Below, piece after piece: positions 19,101-32,846 of a DNA stretch of 32,846 nt. The first letter of the stretch is position 1; each line of letters starts with the position of its first letter. Under the pieces are notes generated by a model. That model saw only the letters and a program-made list of their open reading frames with translations, was not told where the DNA came from and searched no databases. Source of the DNA: Nemertoderma westbladi (Eukaryota; Animalia; Xenacoelomorpha); the NCBI GenBank assembly GCA_032718475.1, contig JAUCBJ010002223.1, positions 1 to 32,846 on the forward strand, given 5' to 3'. Made by a program: the position numbers and the translations under genes.

Positions 19101-22100
19101 AGATTACTCTGTGCTGTCACTAGATTACTCAGTGCTGTCACTAGATTACTCAGTGGTGTCACTAGATTACTCAGTGCTGTCACTAGATTACACAGTGCTG
19201 CGACTAGATTACTCAGTGCTGTCACTAGATTACTCAGAGCTGTCACTAGATTACTCACTGCTGTCACTAGATTACTCAGTGCTGTCACTAGATTACACAG
19301 TGCTGCGACTAGATTACTCAGTGCTGTCACTAGATTACTCAGTGCTGTCACTAGATTACTCAGTGCTGTCACTAGATTACTCAGTGCTGTCACTAGATTA
19401 CTCAGTGCTGTCACTAGATTACTCAGCTGTCACTAGATTACTCTGTGCTGTCACTAGATTACTCAGTGCTGTCACTAGATTACTCAGTGCTGTCACTAGA
19501 TTACTCAGTGCTGTCACTAGATTACTCAGTGATTTCACTAGATTACTCAGTGCTGTCACTAGATTACTCTGTGCTGTCACTAGATTACTCAGTGCTGTCA
19601 CTAGGTTACTCAGTGCTGCGACTAGATTACTCAGTGCTGTCACTAGATTACTCAGTGCTGTCACTAGATTACTCAGTGCTGTCACTAGATTACTCAGTGC
19701 TGTCACTAGATTACTCAGTGCCGTCACTAGATTACTCAGTGCTGTCACTAGATTACACAGTGCTGCTACTAGATTACTCAGTGCTGTCACTAGATTACAC
19801 AGTGCTGCGACTAGATTACTCAGTGCTGTCACTAGATTACTCAGTGCTGTCACTAGATTACACAGTGCTGCGACTAGATTACTCAGTGCTGTCACTAGAT
19901 TACTCAGTGCTGTCACTAGATTACTCAGTGCTGTCACTAGATTACTCAGTGCTGTCACTAGATTACTCAGCTGTCACTAGATTACTCAGTGCTGTCACTA
20001 GATTACTCAGTGCTGTCACTAGATTACTCAGTGCTGTCACTAGATTATTCAGCTGTCACTAGTTTACTCAGTGCTGTGATTAGATTACTCAGTGCTGTCA
20101 CTAGATTACTCAGTGCTGTCACTAGATTACACAGTGCGGCGACTAGATTACTCAGTGCTGTCACTAGATTACTCAGTGCTGTCACTAGATTACTCAGTGC
20201 TGTCACTAGATTACTCAGTGCTGTCACTAGATTACTCAGCTGTCACTAGTTTACTCAGTGCTGTGACTAGATTACTCAGTGCTGTCACTAGATTACTCAG
20301 TGCCGTGCCATCACTAGATTACTCAGTGATTTCACTAGATTACTCAGTGCTGTCACTAGATTACTCAGTGCTGTCACTAGATTACTCAGCTGTCACTAGT
20401 TTACTCAGTGCTGTCACTAGATTACTCAGTGCTGTCACTAGATTACTCAGTGCTGCGACTAGATTACTCAGTGCTGTCACTAGATTACTCAGTGCTGTCA
20501 CTAGATTACTCAGTGCTGTCACTAGATTACTCAGTGCTGTCACTAGATTACTCAGTGCTGTCACTAGATTACTCAGTGCTGTCACTAGATTACTCAGTGC
20601 TGTCACTAGATTACTCAGCTGTCACTAGATTACTCAGTGCTGTCACTAGATTACTCAGTGCTGTCACTAGATTACTCAGCTGTCACTAGATTACTCAGTG
20701 CTGTCACTAGATTACTCAGTGCTGTCACTAGATTACTCAGTGCTGTCACTAGATTACTCAGTGCTGCGACTAGATTACTCAGTGCTGTCACTAGATTACT
20801 CAGTGCTGTCACTAGATTACTCAGTGCTGTCACTAGATTACTCAGTGCTGTCACTAGATTACTCAGTGCTGCGACTAGATTACTCAGTGCTGTCACTAGA
20901 TTACTCAGTGCTGCGACTAGATTACTCAGTGCTGTCACTAGATTACTCAGTGCTGTCACTAGATTACTCAGTGCTGTCACTAGATTACTCAGTGCTGTCA
21001 CTAGATTACTCAGCTGTCACTAGTTTACTCAGTGCTGTGACTAGATTACTCAGTGCTGTCACTAGATTACTCAGTGCCGTGCCATCACTAGATTACTCAG
21101 TGATTTCACTAGATTACTCAGTGCTGTCACTAGATTACTCAGTGCTGTCACTAGATTACTCAGCTGTCACTAGTTTACTCAGTGCTGTCACTAGATTACT
21201 CAGTGCTGTCACTAGATTACTCAGTGCTGTCACTAGATTACTCAGTGCTGTCACTAGATTACTCAGTGCTGCGACTAGATTACTCAGTGCTGTCACTAGA
21301 TTACTCAGTGCTGCGACTAGATTACTCAGTGCTGTCACTAGATTACTCAGTGCTGTCACTAGATTACTCAGTGCTGTCACTAGATTACTCAGTGCTGTCA
21401 CTAGATTACTGAGTGCTGTCACTAGATTACTCAGCTGTCACTAGATTACTCAGTGCTGTCACTAGATTACTCAGTGCTGTCACTAGATTACTCAGTGCTG
21501 TCACTAGATTACTCAGTGCTGCGACTAGATTACTCAGTGCTGTCACTAGATTACTCAGTGCTGTCACTAGATTACTCAGTGCTGCGACTAGATTACTCAG
21601 TGCTGTCACTAGATTACTCAGTGCTGTCACTAGATTACTCAGTGCTGTCACTAGATTACTCAGTGCTGTCACTAGATTACTCAGTGCTGTCACTAGATTA
21701 CTCAGTGCTGTCACTAGATTACTCAGTGCTGTCACTAGATTACTCAGTGCTGTCACTAGATTACTCAATGCTGTCACTAGATTACTCAGTGCTGTCACTA
21801 GATTACTCAGTGCTGTCACTAGATTACTCAGTGCTGTCACTAGATTACTCAGTGCTGTCACTAGATTACTCAGTGCTGTCACTAGATTACTCAGCTGTCA
21901 CTAGTTTACTCAGTGCTGTGACTAGATTACTCAGTGCTGTCACTAGATTACTCAGTGCCGTGCCATCACTAGATTACTCAGTGATTTCACTAGATTACTC
22001 AGTGCTGTCACTAGATTACTCAGTGCTGTCACTAGATTACTCAGCTGTCACTAGTTTACTCAGTGCTGTCACTAGATTACTCAGTGCTGTCACTAGATTA

Positions 22101-25100
22101 CTCAGTGCTGTCACTAGATTACTCAGTGCTGTCACTAGATTACTCAGTGCTGCGACTAGATTACTCAGTGCTGTCACTAGATTACTCAGTGCTGCGACTA
22201 GATTACTCAGTGCTGTCACTAGATTACTCAGTGCTGTCACTAGATTACTCAGTGCTGTCACTAGATTACTCAGTGCTGTCACTAGATTACTCAGTGCTGT
22301 CACTAGATTACTCAGCTGTCACTAGATTACTCAGTGCTGTCACTAGATTACTCAGTGCTGTCACTAGATTACTCAGTGCTGTCACTAGATTACTCAGTGC
22401 TGCGACTAGATTACTCAGTGCTGTCACTAGATTACTCAGTGCTGTCACTAGATTACTCAGTGCTGCGACTAGATTACTCAGTGCTGTCACTAGATTACTC
22501 AGTGCTGTCACTAGATTACTCAGTGCTGTCACTAGATTACTCAGTGCTGTCACTAGATTACTCAGTGCTGTCACTAGATTACTCAGTGCTGTCACTAGAT
22601 TACTCAGTGCTGTCACTAGATTACTCAGTGCTGTCACTAGATTACTCAATGCTGTCACTAGATTACTCAGTGCTGTCACTAGATTACTCAGTGCTGTCAC
22701 TAGATTACTCAGTGCTGTCACTAGATTACTCAGTGCTGTCACTAGATTACTCAGCTGTCACTAGTTTACTCAGTGCTGTGACTAGATTACTCAGTGCTGT
22801 CACTAGATTACTCAGTGCCGTGCCATCACTAGATTACTCAGTGATTTCACTAGATTACTCAGTGCTGTCACTAGATTACTCAGTGCTGTCACTAGATTAC
22901 TCAGCTGTCACTAGTTTACTCAGTGCTGTCACTAGATTACTCAGTGCTGTCACTAGATTACTCAGTGCTGCGACTAGATTACGCAGTGCTGTCACTAGAT
23001 TACTCAGTGCTGTCACTAGATTACTCAGTGCTGTCACTAGATTACTCAGTGCTGTCACTAGATTACTCAGTGCTGTCACTAGATTACTCAGTGCTGTCAC
23101 TAGATTACTCAGTGCTGTCACTAGATTACTCAGTGCTGTCACTAGATTACACAGTGCGGCGACTAGATTACTCAGTGCTGTCACTAGATTACTCAGTGCT
23201 GTCACTAGATTACTCAGTGCTGTCACTAGATTACTCAGTGCTGTCACTAGATTACTCAGCTGTCACTAGTTTACTCAGTGCTGTGACTAGATTACTCAGT
23301 GCTGTCACTAGATTACTCAGTGCCGTGCCATCACTAGATTACTCAGTGATTTCACTAGATTACTCAGTGCTGTCACTAGATTACTCAGTGCTGTCACTAG
23401 ATTACTCAGCTGTCACTAGTTTACTCAGTGCTGTCACTAGATTACTCAGTGCTGTCACTAGATTACTCAGTGCTGCGACTAGATTACTCAGTGCTGTCAC
23501 TAGATTACTCAGTGCTGTCACTAGATTACTCAGTGCTGTCACTAGATTACTCAGTGCTGTCACTAGATTACTCAGTGCTGTCACTAGATTACTCAGTGCT
23601 GTCACTAGATTACTCAGTGCTGTCACTAGATTACTCAGCTGTGACTAGATTATTCAGTGCTGTCACTACATTACTCAGTGCTGCGACTAGATTACTCAGC
23701 TGCGACTAGATTACTCAGCTGCGACTAGATTACTCAGTGCTGTCACTAGATTACTAAGTGCTGTCACTAGATTACTAAGTGCTGTCACTAGATTACTCAG
23801 TGCTGTCACTAGATTACTCAGTGCTGCGACTAGATTACTCAGTGCTGTCACTAGATTACTCAGTGCTGTCACTAGATTACTCAGTGCTGCGACTAGATTA
23901 CTCAGTGCTGTAACTAGATTACTCAGAGCTGTCACTAGATTACTCAGTGCTGTCACTAGATTACTCAGTGCCGTCACTAGATTACTAAGTGCTATCACTA
24001 GATTACTCAGTGCTGTCACTAGATTACTCAGTGCTGTCAATAGATTACTCAGTGCTGTCACTAGATTACTCAGTGCTGTCACTAGATTACTCAGTGCTGC
24101 GACTAGATTACTCAGTGCTGTCACTAGATTACTCAGTGCTGTCACTAGATTACTCAATGCTGTCAATAGATTACTCAGTGCTGTCACTAGATTACTCAGT
24201 GCTGCGACTAGATTACTCAGTGCTGTCACTAGATTACTCCGTGCTGTCACTAGATTACTCAGTGCTGTCACTAGATTACTCAGTGCTGTCACTAGATTAC
24301 TCAGTGCTGTCACTAGATTACTCAGTGCTGTCACTAGATTACTCAGTGCTGTCACTAGATTACTCAGTGCCGTCACTAGATTACTCAGTGCAGTCACTAG
24401 ATTACTCAGTGCTGTCACTAGATTACTCAGTGCTGTCACTAGATTACTCAGTGCTGTCACTAGATTACTCAGTGCTGTCACTAGATTACTCAGTGCTGCG
24501 ACTAGATTACTCAGTGCTGCGACTAGATTACTCAGTGCTGTCACTAGATTACTCAGTGCTGTCACTAGATTACTCAGTGCTGTCACTAGATTACTCAGTG
24601 CTGTCACTAGATTACTCAGTGCTGCGACTAGATTACTCAGTGCTGTCACTAGATTACTCAGCGCTGTCACTAGATTACTCAGTGCTGTCACTAGATTACT
24701 CAGTGCTGCGACTAGATTACTCAGTGCTGTCACTAGATTACTCAGTGCTGTGACTAGATTACTCAGTGCTGTGACTAGATTACTCAGTGCTGTCACTAGA
24801 TTACTCAGTGCTGTCACTAGATTACTCTGTGCTGTCACTAGATTACTCAGTGCTGTCACTAGATTACTCAGTGCTGCGACTAGATTACTCAGTGCTGTCA
24901 CTAGATTACTCAGTGCTGTCACTAGATTACTCAGTGCTGTCACTAGATTACTCAGTGCTGCGACTAGATTACTCAGTGCTGTCACTAGATTACTCAGTGC
25001 TGTCACTAGATTACTCAGTGCTGTGACTAGATTACTCAGTGCTGTCACTAGATTACTCAGTGCTGTCACTAGATTACTCTGTGATGTCACTAGATTACTC

Positions 25101-28100
25101 AGTGCTGTCACTAGATTACTCAGTGCTGTCACTAGATTACTCAGTGCTGTCACTAGATTACTCAGTGCTGCGACTAGATTACTCAGTGCTGTCACTAGAT
25201 TACTCAGTGCTGTCACTAGATTACTCAGTGCTGTCACTAGATTACTCAGTGCTGCGACTAGATTACTCAGTGCTGTCACTAGATTACTCAGTGCTGTCAC
25301 TAGATTACTCAGTGCTGTGACTAGATTACTCAGTGCTGTCACTAGATTACTCAGTGCTGTCACTAGATTACTCAGTGCTGCCACTAGATTACTCAGTGCT
25401 GTCACTAGATTACTCAGTGCTGCGACTAGATTACTCAGTGCTGTCACTAGATTACTCAGTGCTGTCACTAGATTACTCAGTGCTGTGACTTGATTACTCA
25501 GTGCTGTCACTAGATTACTCAGTGCTGTCACTAGATTACTCTGTGCTGTCACTAGATTACTCAGTGCTGTCACTAGATTACTCAGTGGTGTCACTAGATT
25601 ACTCAGTGCTGTCACTAGATTACACAGTGCTGCGACTAGATTACTCAGTGCTGTCACTAGATTACTCAGAGCTGTCACTAGATTACTCACTGCTGTCACT
25701 AGATTACTCAGTGCTGTCACTAGATTACACAGTGCTGCGACTAGATTACTCAGTGCTGTCACTAGATTACTCAGTGCTGTCACTAGATTACTCAGTGCTG
25801 TCACTAGATTACTCAGTGCTGTCACTAGATTACTCAGTGCTGTCACTAGATTACTCAGCTGTCACTAGATTACTCTGTGCTGTCACTAGATTACTCAGTG
25901 CTGTCACTAGATTACTCAGTGCTGTCACTAGATTACTCAGTGCTGTCACTAGATTACTCAGTGATTTCACTAGATTACTCAGTGCTGTCACTAGATTACT
26001 CTGTGCTGTCACTAGATTACTCAGTGCTGTCACTAGGTTACTCAGTGCTGCGACTAGATTACTCAGTGCTGTCACTAGATTACTCAGTGCTGTCACTAGA
26101 TTACTCAGTGCTGTCACTAGATTACTCAGTGCTGTCACTAGATTACTCAGTGCCGTCACTAGATTACTCAGTGCTGTCACTAGATTACACAGTGCTGCTA
26201 CTAGATTACTCAGTGCTGTCACTAGATTACACAGTGCTGCGACTAGATTACTCAGTGCTGTCACTAGATTACTCAGTGCTGTCACTAGATTACACAGTGC
26301 TGCGACTAGATTACTCAGTGCTGTCACTAGATTACTCAGTGCTGTCACTAGATTACTCAGTGCTGTCACTAGATTACTCAGTGCTGTCACTAGATTACTC
26401 AGCTGTCACTAGATTACTCAGTGCTGTCACTAGATTACTCAGTGCTGTCACTAGATTACTCAGTGCTGTCACTAGATTATTCAGCTGTCACTAGTTTACT
26501 CAGTGCTGTGATTAGATTACTCAGTGCTGTCACTAGATTACTCAGTGCTGTCACTAGATTACACAGTGCGGCGACTAGATTACTCAGTGCTGTCACTAGA
26601 TTACTCAGTGCTGTCACTAGATTACTCAGTGCTGTCACTAGATTACTCAGCTGTCACTAGTTTACTCAGTGCTGTGACTAGATTACTCAGTGCTGTCACT
26701 AGATTACTCAGTGCCGTGCCATCACTAGATTACTCAGTGATTTCACTAGATTACTCAGTGCTGTCACTAGATTACTCAGTGCTGTCACTAGATTACTCAG
26801 CTGTCACTAGTTTACTCAGTGCTGTCACTAGATTACTCAGTGCTGTCACTAGATTACTCAGTGCTGCGACTAGATTACTCAGTGCTGTCACTAGATTACT
26901 CAGTGCTGTCACTAGATTACTCAGTGCTGTCACTAGATTACTCAGTGCTGTCACTAGATTACTCAGTGCTGTCACTAGATTACTCAGTGCTGTCACTAGA
27001 TTACTCAGTGCTGTCACTAGATTACTCAGCTGTCACTAGATTACTCAGTGCTGTCACTAGATTACTCAGTGCTGTCACTAGATTACTCAGCTGTCACTAG
27101 ATTACTCAGTGCTGTCACTAGATTACTCAGTGCTGTCACTAGATTACTCAGTGCTGTCACTAGATTACTCAGTGCTGCGACTAGATTACTCAGTGCTGTC
27201 ACTAGATTACTCAGTGCTGTCACTAGATTACTCAGTGCTGTCACTAGATTACTCAGTGCTGTCACTAGATTACTCAGTGCTGCGACTAGATTACTCAGTG
27301 CTGTCACTAGATTACTCAGTGCTGCGACTAGATTACTCAGTGCTGTCACTAGATTACTCAGTGCTGTCACTAGATTACTCAGTGCTGTCACTAGATTACT
27401 CAGTGCTGTCACTAGATTACTCAGCTGTCACTAGTTTACTCAGTGCTGTGACTAGATTACTCAGTGCTGTCACTAGATTACTCAGTGCCGTGCCATCACT
27501 AGATTACTCAGTGATTTCACTAGATTACTCAGTGCTGTCACTAGATTACTCAGTGCTGTCACTAGATTACTCAGCTGTCACTAGTTTACTCAGTGCTGTC
27601 ACTAGATTACTCAGTGCTGTCACTAGATTACTCAGTGCTGTCACTAGATTACTCAGTGCTGTCACTAGATTACTCAGTGCTGCGACTAGATTACTCAGTG
27701 CTGTCACTAGATTACTCAGTGCTGCGACTAGATTACTCAGTGCTGTCACTAGATTACTCAGTGCTGTCACTAGATTACTCAGTGCTGTCACTAGATTACT
27801 CAGTGCTGTCACTAGATTACTGAGTGCTGTCACTAGATTACTCAGCTGTCACTAGATTACTCAGTGCTGTCACTAGATTACTCAGTGCTGTCACTAGATT
27901 ACTCAGTGCTGTCACTAGATTACTCAGTGCTGCGACTAGATTACTCAGTGCTGTCACTAGATTACTCAGTGCTGTCACTAGATTACTCAGTGCTGCGACT
28001 AGATTACTCAGTGCTGTCACTAGATTACTCAGTGCTGTCACTAGATTACTCAGTGCTGTCACTAGATTACTCAGTGCTGTCACTAGATTACTCAGTGCTG

Positions 28101-31100
28101 TCACTAGATTACTCAGTGCTGTCACTAGATTACTCAGTGCTGTCACTAGATTACTCAGTGCTGTCACTAGATTACTCAATGCTGTCACTAGATTACTCAG
28201 TGCTGTCACTAGATTACTCAGTGCTGTCACTAGATTACTCAGTGCTGTCACTAGATTACTCAGTGCTGTCACTAGATTACTCAGTGCTGTCACTAGATTA
28301 CTCAGCTGTCACTAGTTTACTCAGTGCTGTGACTAGATTACTCAGTGCTGTCACTAGATTACTCAGTGCCGTGCCATCACTAGATTACTCAGTGATTTCA
28401 CTAGATTACTCAGTGCTGTCACTAGATTACTCAGTGCTGTCACTAGATTACTCAGCTGTCACTAGTTTACTCAGTGCTGTCACTAGATTACTCAGTGCTG
28501 TCACTAGATTACTCAGTGCTGTCACTAGATTACTCAGTGCTGTCACTAGATTACTCAGTGCTGCGACTAGATTACTCAGTGCTGTCACTAGATTACTCAG
28601 TGCTGCGACTAGATTACTCAGTGCTGTCACTAGATTACTCAGTGCTGTCACTAGATTACTCAGTGCTGTCACTAGATTACTCAGTGCTGTCACTAGATTA
28701 CTCAGTGCTGTCACTAGATTACTCAGCTGTCACTAGATTACTCAGTGCTGTCACTAGATTACTCAGTGCTGTCACTAGATTACTCAGTGCTGTCACTAGA
28801 TTACTCAGTGCTGCGACTAGATTACTCAGTGCTGTCACTAGATTACTCAGTGCTGTCACTAGATTACTCAGTGCTGCGACTAGATTACTCAGTGCTGTCA
28901 CTAGATTACTCAGTGCTGTCACTAGATTACTCAGTGCTGTCACTAGATTACTCAGTGCTGTCACTAGATTACTCAGTGCTGTCACTAGATTACTCAGTGC
29001 TGTCACTAGATTACTCAGTGCTGTCACTAGATTACTCAGTGCTGTCACTAGATTACTCAATGCTGTCACTAGATTACTCAGTGCTGTCACTAGATTACTC
29101 AGTGCTGTCACTAGATTACTCAGTGCTGTCACTAGATTACTCAGTGCTGTCACTAGATTACTCAGCTGTCACTAGTTTACTCAGTGCTGTGACTAGATTA
29201 CTCAGTGCTGTCACTAGATTACTCAGTGCCGTGCCATCACTAGATTACTCAGTGATTTCACTAGATTACTCAGTGCTGTCACTAGATTACTCAGTGCTGT
29301 CACTAGATTACTCAGCTGTCACTAGTTTACTCAGTGCTGTCACTAGATTACTCAGTGCTGTCACTAGATTACTCAGTGCTGCGACTAGATTACGCAGTGC
29401 TGTCACTAGATTACTCAGTGCTGTCACTAGATTACTCAGTGCTGTCACTAGATTACTCAGTGCTGTCACTAGATTACTCAGTGCTGTCACTAGATTACTC
29501 AGTGCTGTCACTAGATTACTCAGTGCTGTCACTAGATTACTCAGTGCTGTCACTAGATTACACAGTGCGGCGACTAGATTACTCAGTGCTGTCACTAGAT
29601 TACTCAGTGCTGTCACTAGATTACTCAGTGCTGTCACTAGATTACTCAGTGCTGTCACTAGATTACTCAGCTGTCACTAGTTTACTCAGTGCTGTGACTA
29701 GATTACTCAGTGCTGTCACTAGATTACTCAGTGCCGTGCCATCACTAGATTACTCAGTGATTTCACTAGATTACTCAGTGCTGTCACTAGATTACTCAGT
29801 GCTGTCACTAGATTACTCAGCTGTCACTAGTTTACTCAGTGCTGTCACTAGATTACTCAGTGCTGTCACTAGATTACTCAGTGCTGCGACTAGATTACTC
29901 AGTGCTGTCACTAGATTACTCAGTGCTGTCACTAGATTACTCAGTGCTGTCACTAGATTACTCAGTGCTGTCACTAGATTACTCAGTGCTGTCACTAGAT
30001 TACTCAGTGCTGTCACTAGATTACTCAGTGCTGTCACTAGATTACTCAGCTGTGACTAGATTACTCAGTGCTGTCACTAGATTACTCAGTGCTGTCACTA
30101 GATTACTCAGCTGTCACTAGATTACTCAGTGCTGTCACTAGATTACTCAGTGCTGTCACTAGATTACTCAGTGCTGTCACTAGATTACTCAGTGCTGCGA
30201 CTAGATTACTCAGTGCTGTCACTAGATTACTCAGTGCTGTCACTAGATTACTCAGTGCTGTCACTAGATTACTCAGTGCTGTCACTAGATTACTCAGTGC
30301 TGCGACTAGATTACTCAGTGCTGTCACTAGATTACTCAGTGCTGCGACTAGATTACTCAGTGCTGTCACTAGATTACTCAGTGCTGTCACTAGATTACTC
30401 AGTGCTGTCACTAGATTACTCAGTGCTGTCACTAGATTACTCAGCTGTCACTAGTTTACTCAGTGCTGTGACTAGATTACTCAGTGCTGTCACTAGATTA
30501 CTCAGTGCCGTGCATCACTAGATTACTCAGTGCTGTCACTAGATTACTCAGTGCTGTCACTAGATTACTCAGTGCTGTCACTAGATTACTCAGTGCTGTC
30601 ACTAGATTACTCAGTGCTGCGACTAGATTACTCAGTGCTGTCACTAGATTACTCAGTGCTGTCACTAGATTACTCAGTGCTGCGACTAGATTACTCAGTG
30701 CTGTCACTAGATTACTCAGTGCTGTCACTAGATTACTCAGTGCTGTCACTAGATTACTCAGTGCTGTCACTAGATTACTCAGGCTGTCACTAGATTACTC
30801 AGTGCTGTCACTAGATTACTCAGTGCTGTCACTAGATTACTCAGTGCTGTCACTAGATTACTCAGTGCTGCGACTAGATTACTCAGTGCTGTCACTAGAT
30901 TACTCAGTGCTGTCACTAGATTACTCAGTGCTGCGACTAGATTACTCAGTGCTGTCACTAGATTACTCAGTGCTGTCACTAGATTACTCAGTGCTGTCAC
31001 TAGATTACTCAGTGCTGTCACTAGATTACTCAGTGCTGTCACTAGATTACTCAGTGCTGTCACTAGATTACTCAGTGCTGTCACTAGATTACTCAGTGCT

Positions 31101-32846
31101 GTCACTAGATTACTCAGTGCTGTCACTAGATTACTCAGTGCTGTCACTAGATTACTCAGTGCTGTCACTAGATTACTCAGCTGTCACTAGTTTACTCAGT
31201 GCTGTGACTAGATTACTCAGTGCTGTCACTAGATTACTCAGTGCCGTGCCATCACTAGATTACTCAGTGATTTCACTAGATTACTCAGTGCTGTCACTAG
31301 ATTACTCAGTGCTGTCACTAGATTACTCAGCTGTCACTAGTTTACTCAGTGCTGTCACTAGATTACTCAGTGCTGTCACTAGATTACTCAGTGCTGCGAC
31401 TAGATTACGCAGTGCTGTCACTAGAGTACTCAGTGCTGTCACTAGATTACTCAGTGCTGTCACTAGATTACTCAGTGCTGTCACTAGATTACTCAGTGCT
31501 GTCACTAGATTACTCAGTGCTGTCACTAGATTACTCAGTGCTGTCACTAGATTACTCAGTGCTGTCACTAGATTACTCAGCTGTCACTAGATTACTCAGT
31601 GCTGTCACTAGATTACTCAGTGCTGTCACTAGATTACTCAGTGCTGTCACTAGATTACTCAGTGCTGCGACTAGATTACTCAGTGCTGTCACTAGATTAC
31701 TCAGTGCTGCGACTAGATTACTCAGTGCTGTCACTAGATTACTCAGTGCTGTCACTAGATTACTCAGTGCTGTCACTAGATTACTCAGTGCTGCGACTAG
31801 ATTACTCAGTGCTGTCACTAGATTACTCAGTGCTGTCACTAGATTACTCAGTGCTGCGACTAGATTACTCAGTGCTGTCACTAGATTACTCAGCGCTGTC
31901 ACTAGATTACTCAGTGCTGTCACTAGATTACTCAGTGCTGTCACTAGATTACTCAGTGCTGTCACTAGATTACTCAGCTGTCACTAGATTACTCAGTGCT
32001 GTCACTAGATTACTCAGTGCTGTCACTAGATTACTCAGTGCTGTCACTAGATTACTCAGTGCTGCGACTAGATTACTCAGTGCTGTCACTAGATTACTCA
32101 GTGCTGCGACTAGATTACTCAGTGCTGTCACTAGATTACTCAGTGCTGTCACTAGATTACTCAGTGCTGTCACTAGATTACTCAGTGCTGCGACTAGATT
32201 ACTCAGTGCTGTCACTAGATTACTCAGTGCTGTCACTAGATTACTCAGTGCTGCGACTAGATTACTCAGTGCTGTCACTAGATTACTCAGTGCTGTCACT
32301 AGATTACTCAGTGCTGTCACTAGATTACTCAGTGCTGTCACTAGATTACTCAGTGCTGTCACTAGATTACTCAGCTGTCACTAGATTACTCAGTGCTGTC
32401 ACTAGATTACTCAGTGCTGTCACTAGATTACACAGTGCTGCGACTAGATTACTCAGTGCTGTCACTAGATTACTCAGTGCTGTCACTAGATTACTCAGTG
32501 CTGTCACTAGATTACACAGTGCTGTAACTAGATTACTCAGTGCTGTCACTAGATTACTCAGTGCTATCACTAGATTACTCAGCTGTCACTAGTTTACTCA
32601 GTGCTGCGACTAGATTACTCAGTGCTGTCACTAGATTACTCAGTGCTGTCACTAGATTACTCTGTGCTGTCACTAGATTACTCAGTGCTGTCACTAGATT
32701 ACTCAGTGCTGTCACTAGATTACTCAGTGCTGTCACTAGATTACTCAGTGCTGTCACTAGATTACTCAGTGCTGCGACTAGATTACTCAGTGCTGTCACT
32801 AGATTACTCAGTGCTGTCACTAGATTACTCAGTGCTGCGACTAGAT
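16181..32846. repeat. 21-bp satellite array, consensus GTGCTGTCACTAGATTACTCA, about 790 copies, with 19-bp deletion variants and higher-order duplications; continues past the window end
   Basis: Tandem periodicity is directly visible, with a 7-aa period in the ORF track (AVTRLLS, VLSLDYS, VTALSNL). Recurrent variants: GCTGCGACT, CAGCTG (-2 bp), TACACAG, GTGCCGTGCCATCA (+3 bp). Confidence 0.98.

Noticed and set aside
19185-19870. CACAGTG (RAG RSS heptamer/Transib terminus) in some satellite variants
   Set aside because: It is a single T-to-A change from the monomer CTCAGTG. There is no nonamer at 12/23 spacing and no inverted partner.
16353-32820. Long ORFs of heptad repeats (VTALSNL, AVTRLLS, VLSLDYS) that resemble coiled-coil or antifreeze-like proteins
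   Set aside because: A 21-bp unit without stops in three frames produces these automatically. Frequent 19-bp variants shift frame, most starts are GTG/CTG-type, there is no unique N- or C-terminal domain, and variants show no synonymous bias.
16181-32846. Telomeric repeat interpretation of the terminal array
   Set aside because: No G-rich strand or TTAGG(G)-like motif, and long ordered variant duplications indicate recombinational rather than telomerase-templated synthesis.

Overview
Eukaryotic (most likely invertebrate metazoan) genomic window, not prokaryotic. From left to right: a possible minus-strand exon at the edge; a ~2 kb array of a 27-bp minisatellite (~74 copies); nested transposon relics (a hAT-like MITE end, a CR1/L2-type LINE 3' fragment and a decayed hATm-type transposase); a compact island of four intron-free housekeeping genes (PCYOX1 on -, FAM185A-like, TMEM177-like and ERCC1 on +), with a young 1.07-kb MITE (27-bp perfect TIRs, 8-bp TSD) and a possible small spliced minus-strand gene between them; a TTAA-flanked Kolobok-like MITE; and a >16.6 kb array of a 21-bp satellite (~790 copies) with nested higher-order duplications up to 6.4 kb that runs off the window end. 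Almost all long ORFs at 94-2226 and 16353-32820 are translations of the tandem repeats, not genes. Gene and family calls come from remembered motifs; no database search was run. No clearly new system can be proven from sequence alone. The best lead is the intronless gene island with splice-acceptor-like sites just upstream of each ATG (trans-spliced operon or retrogene cluster hypothesis).
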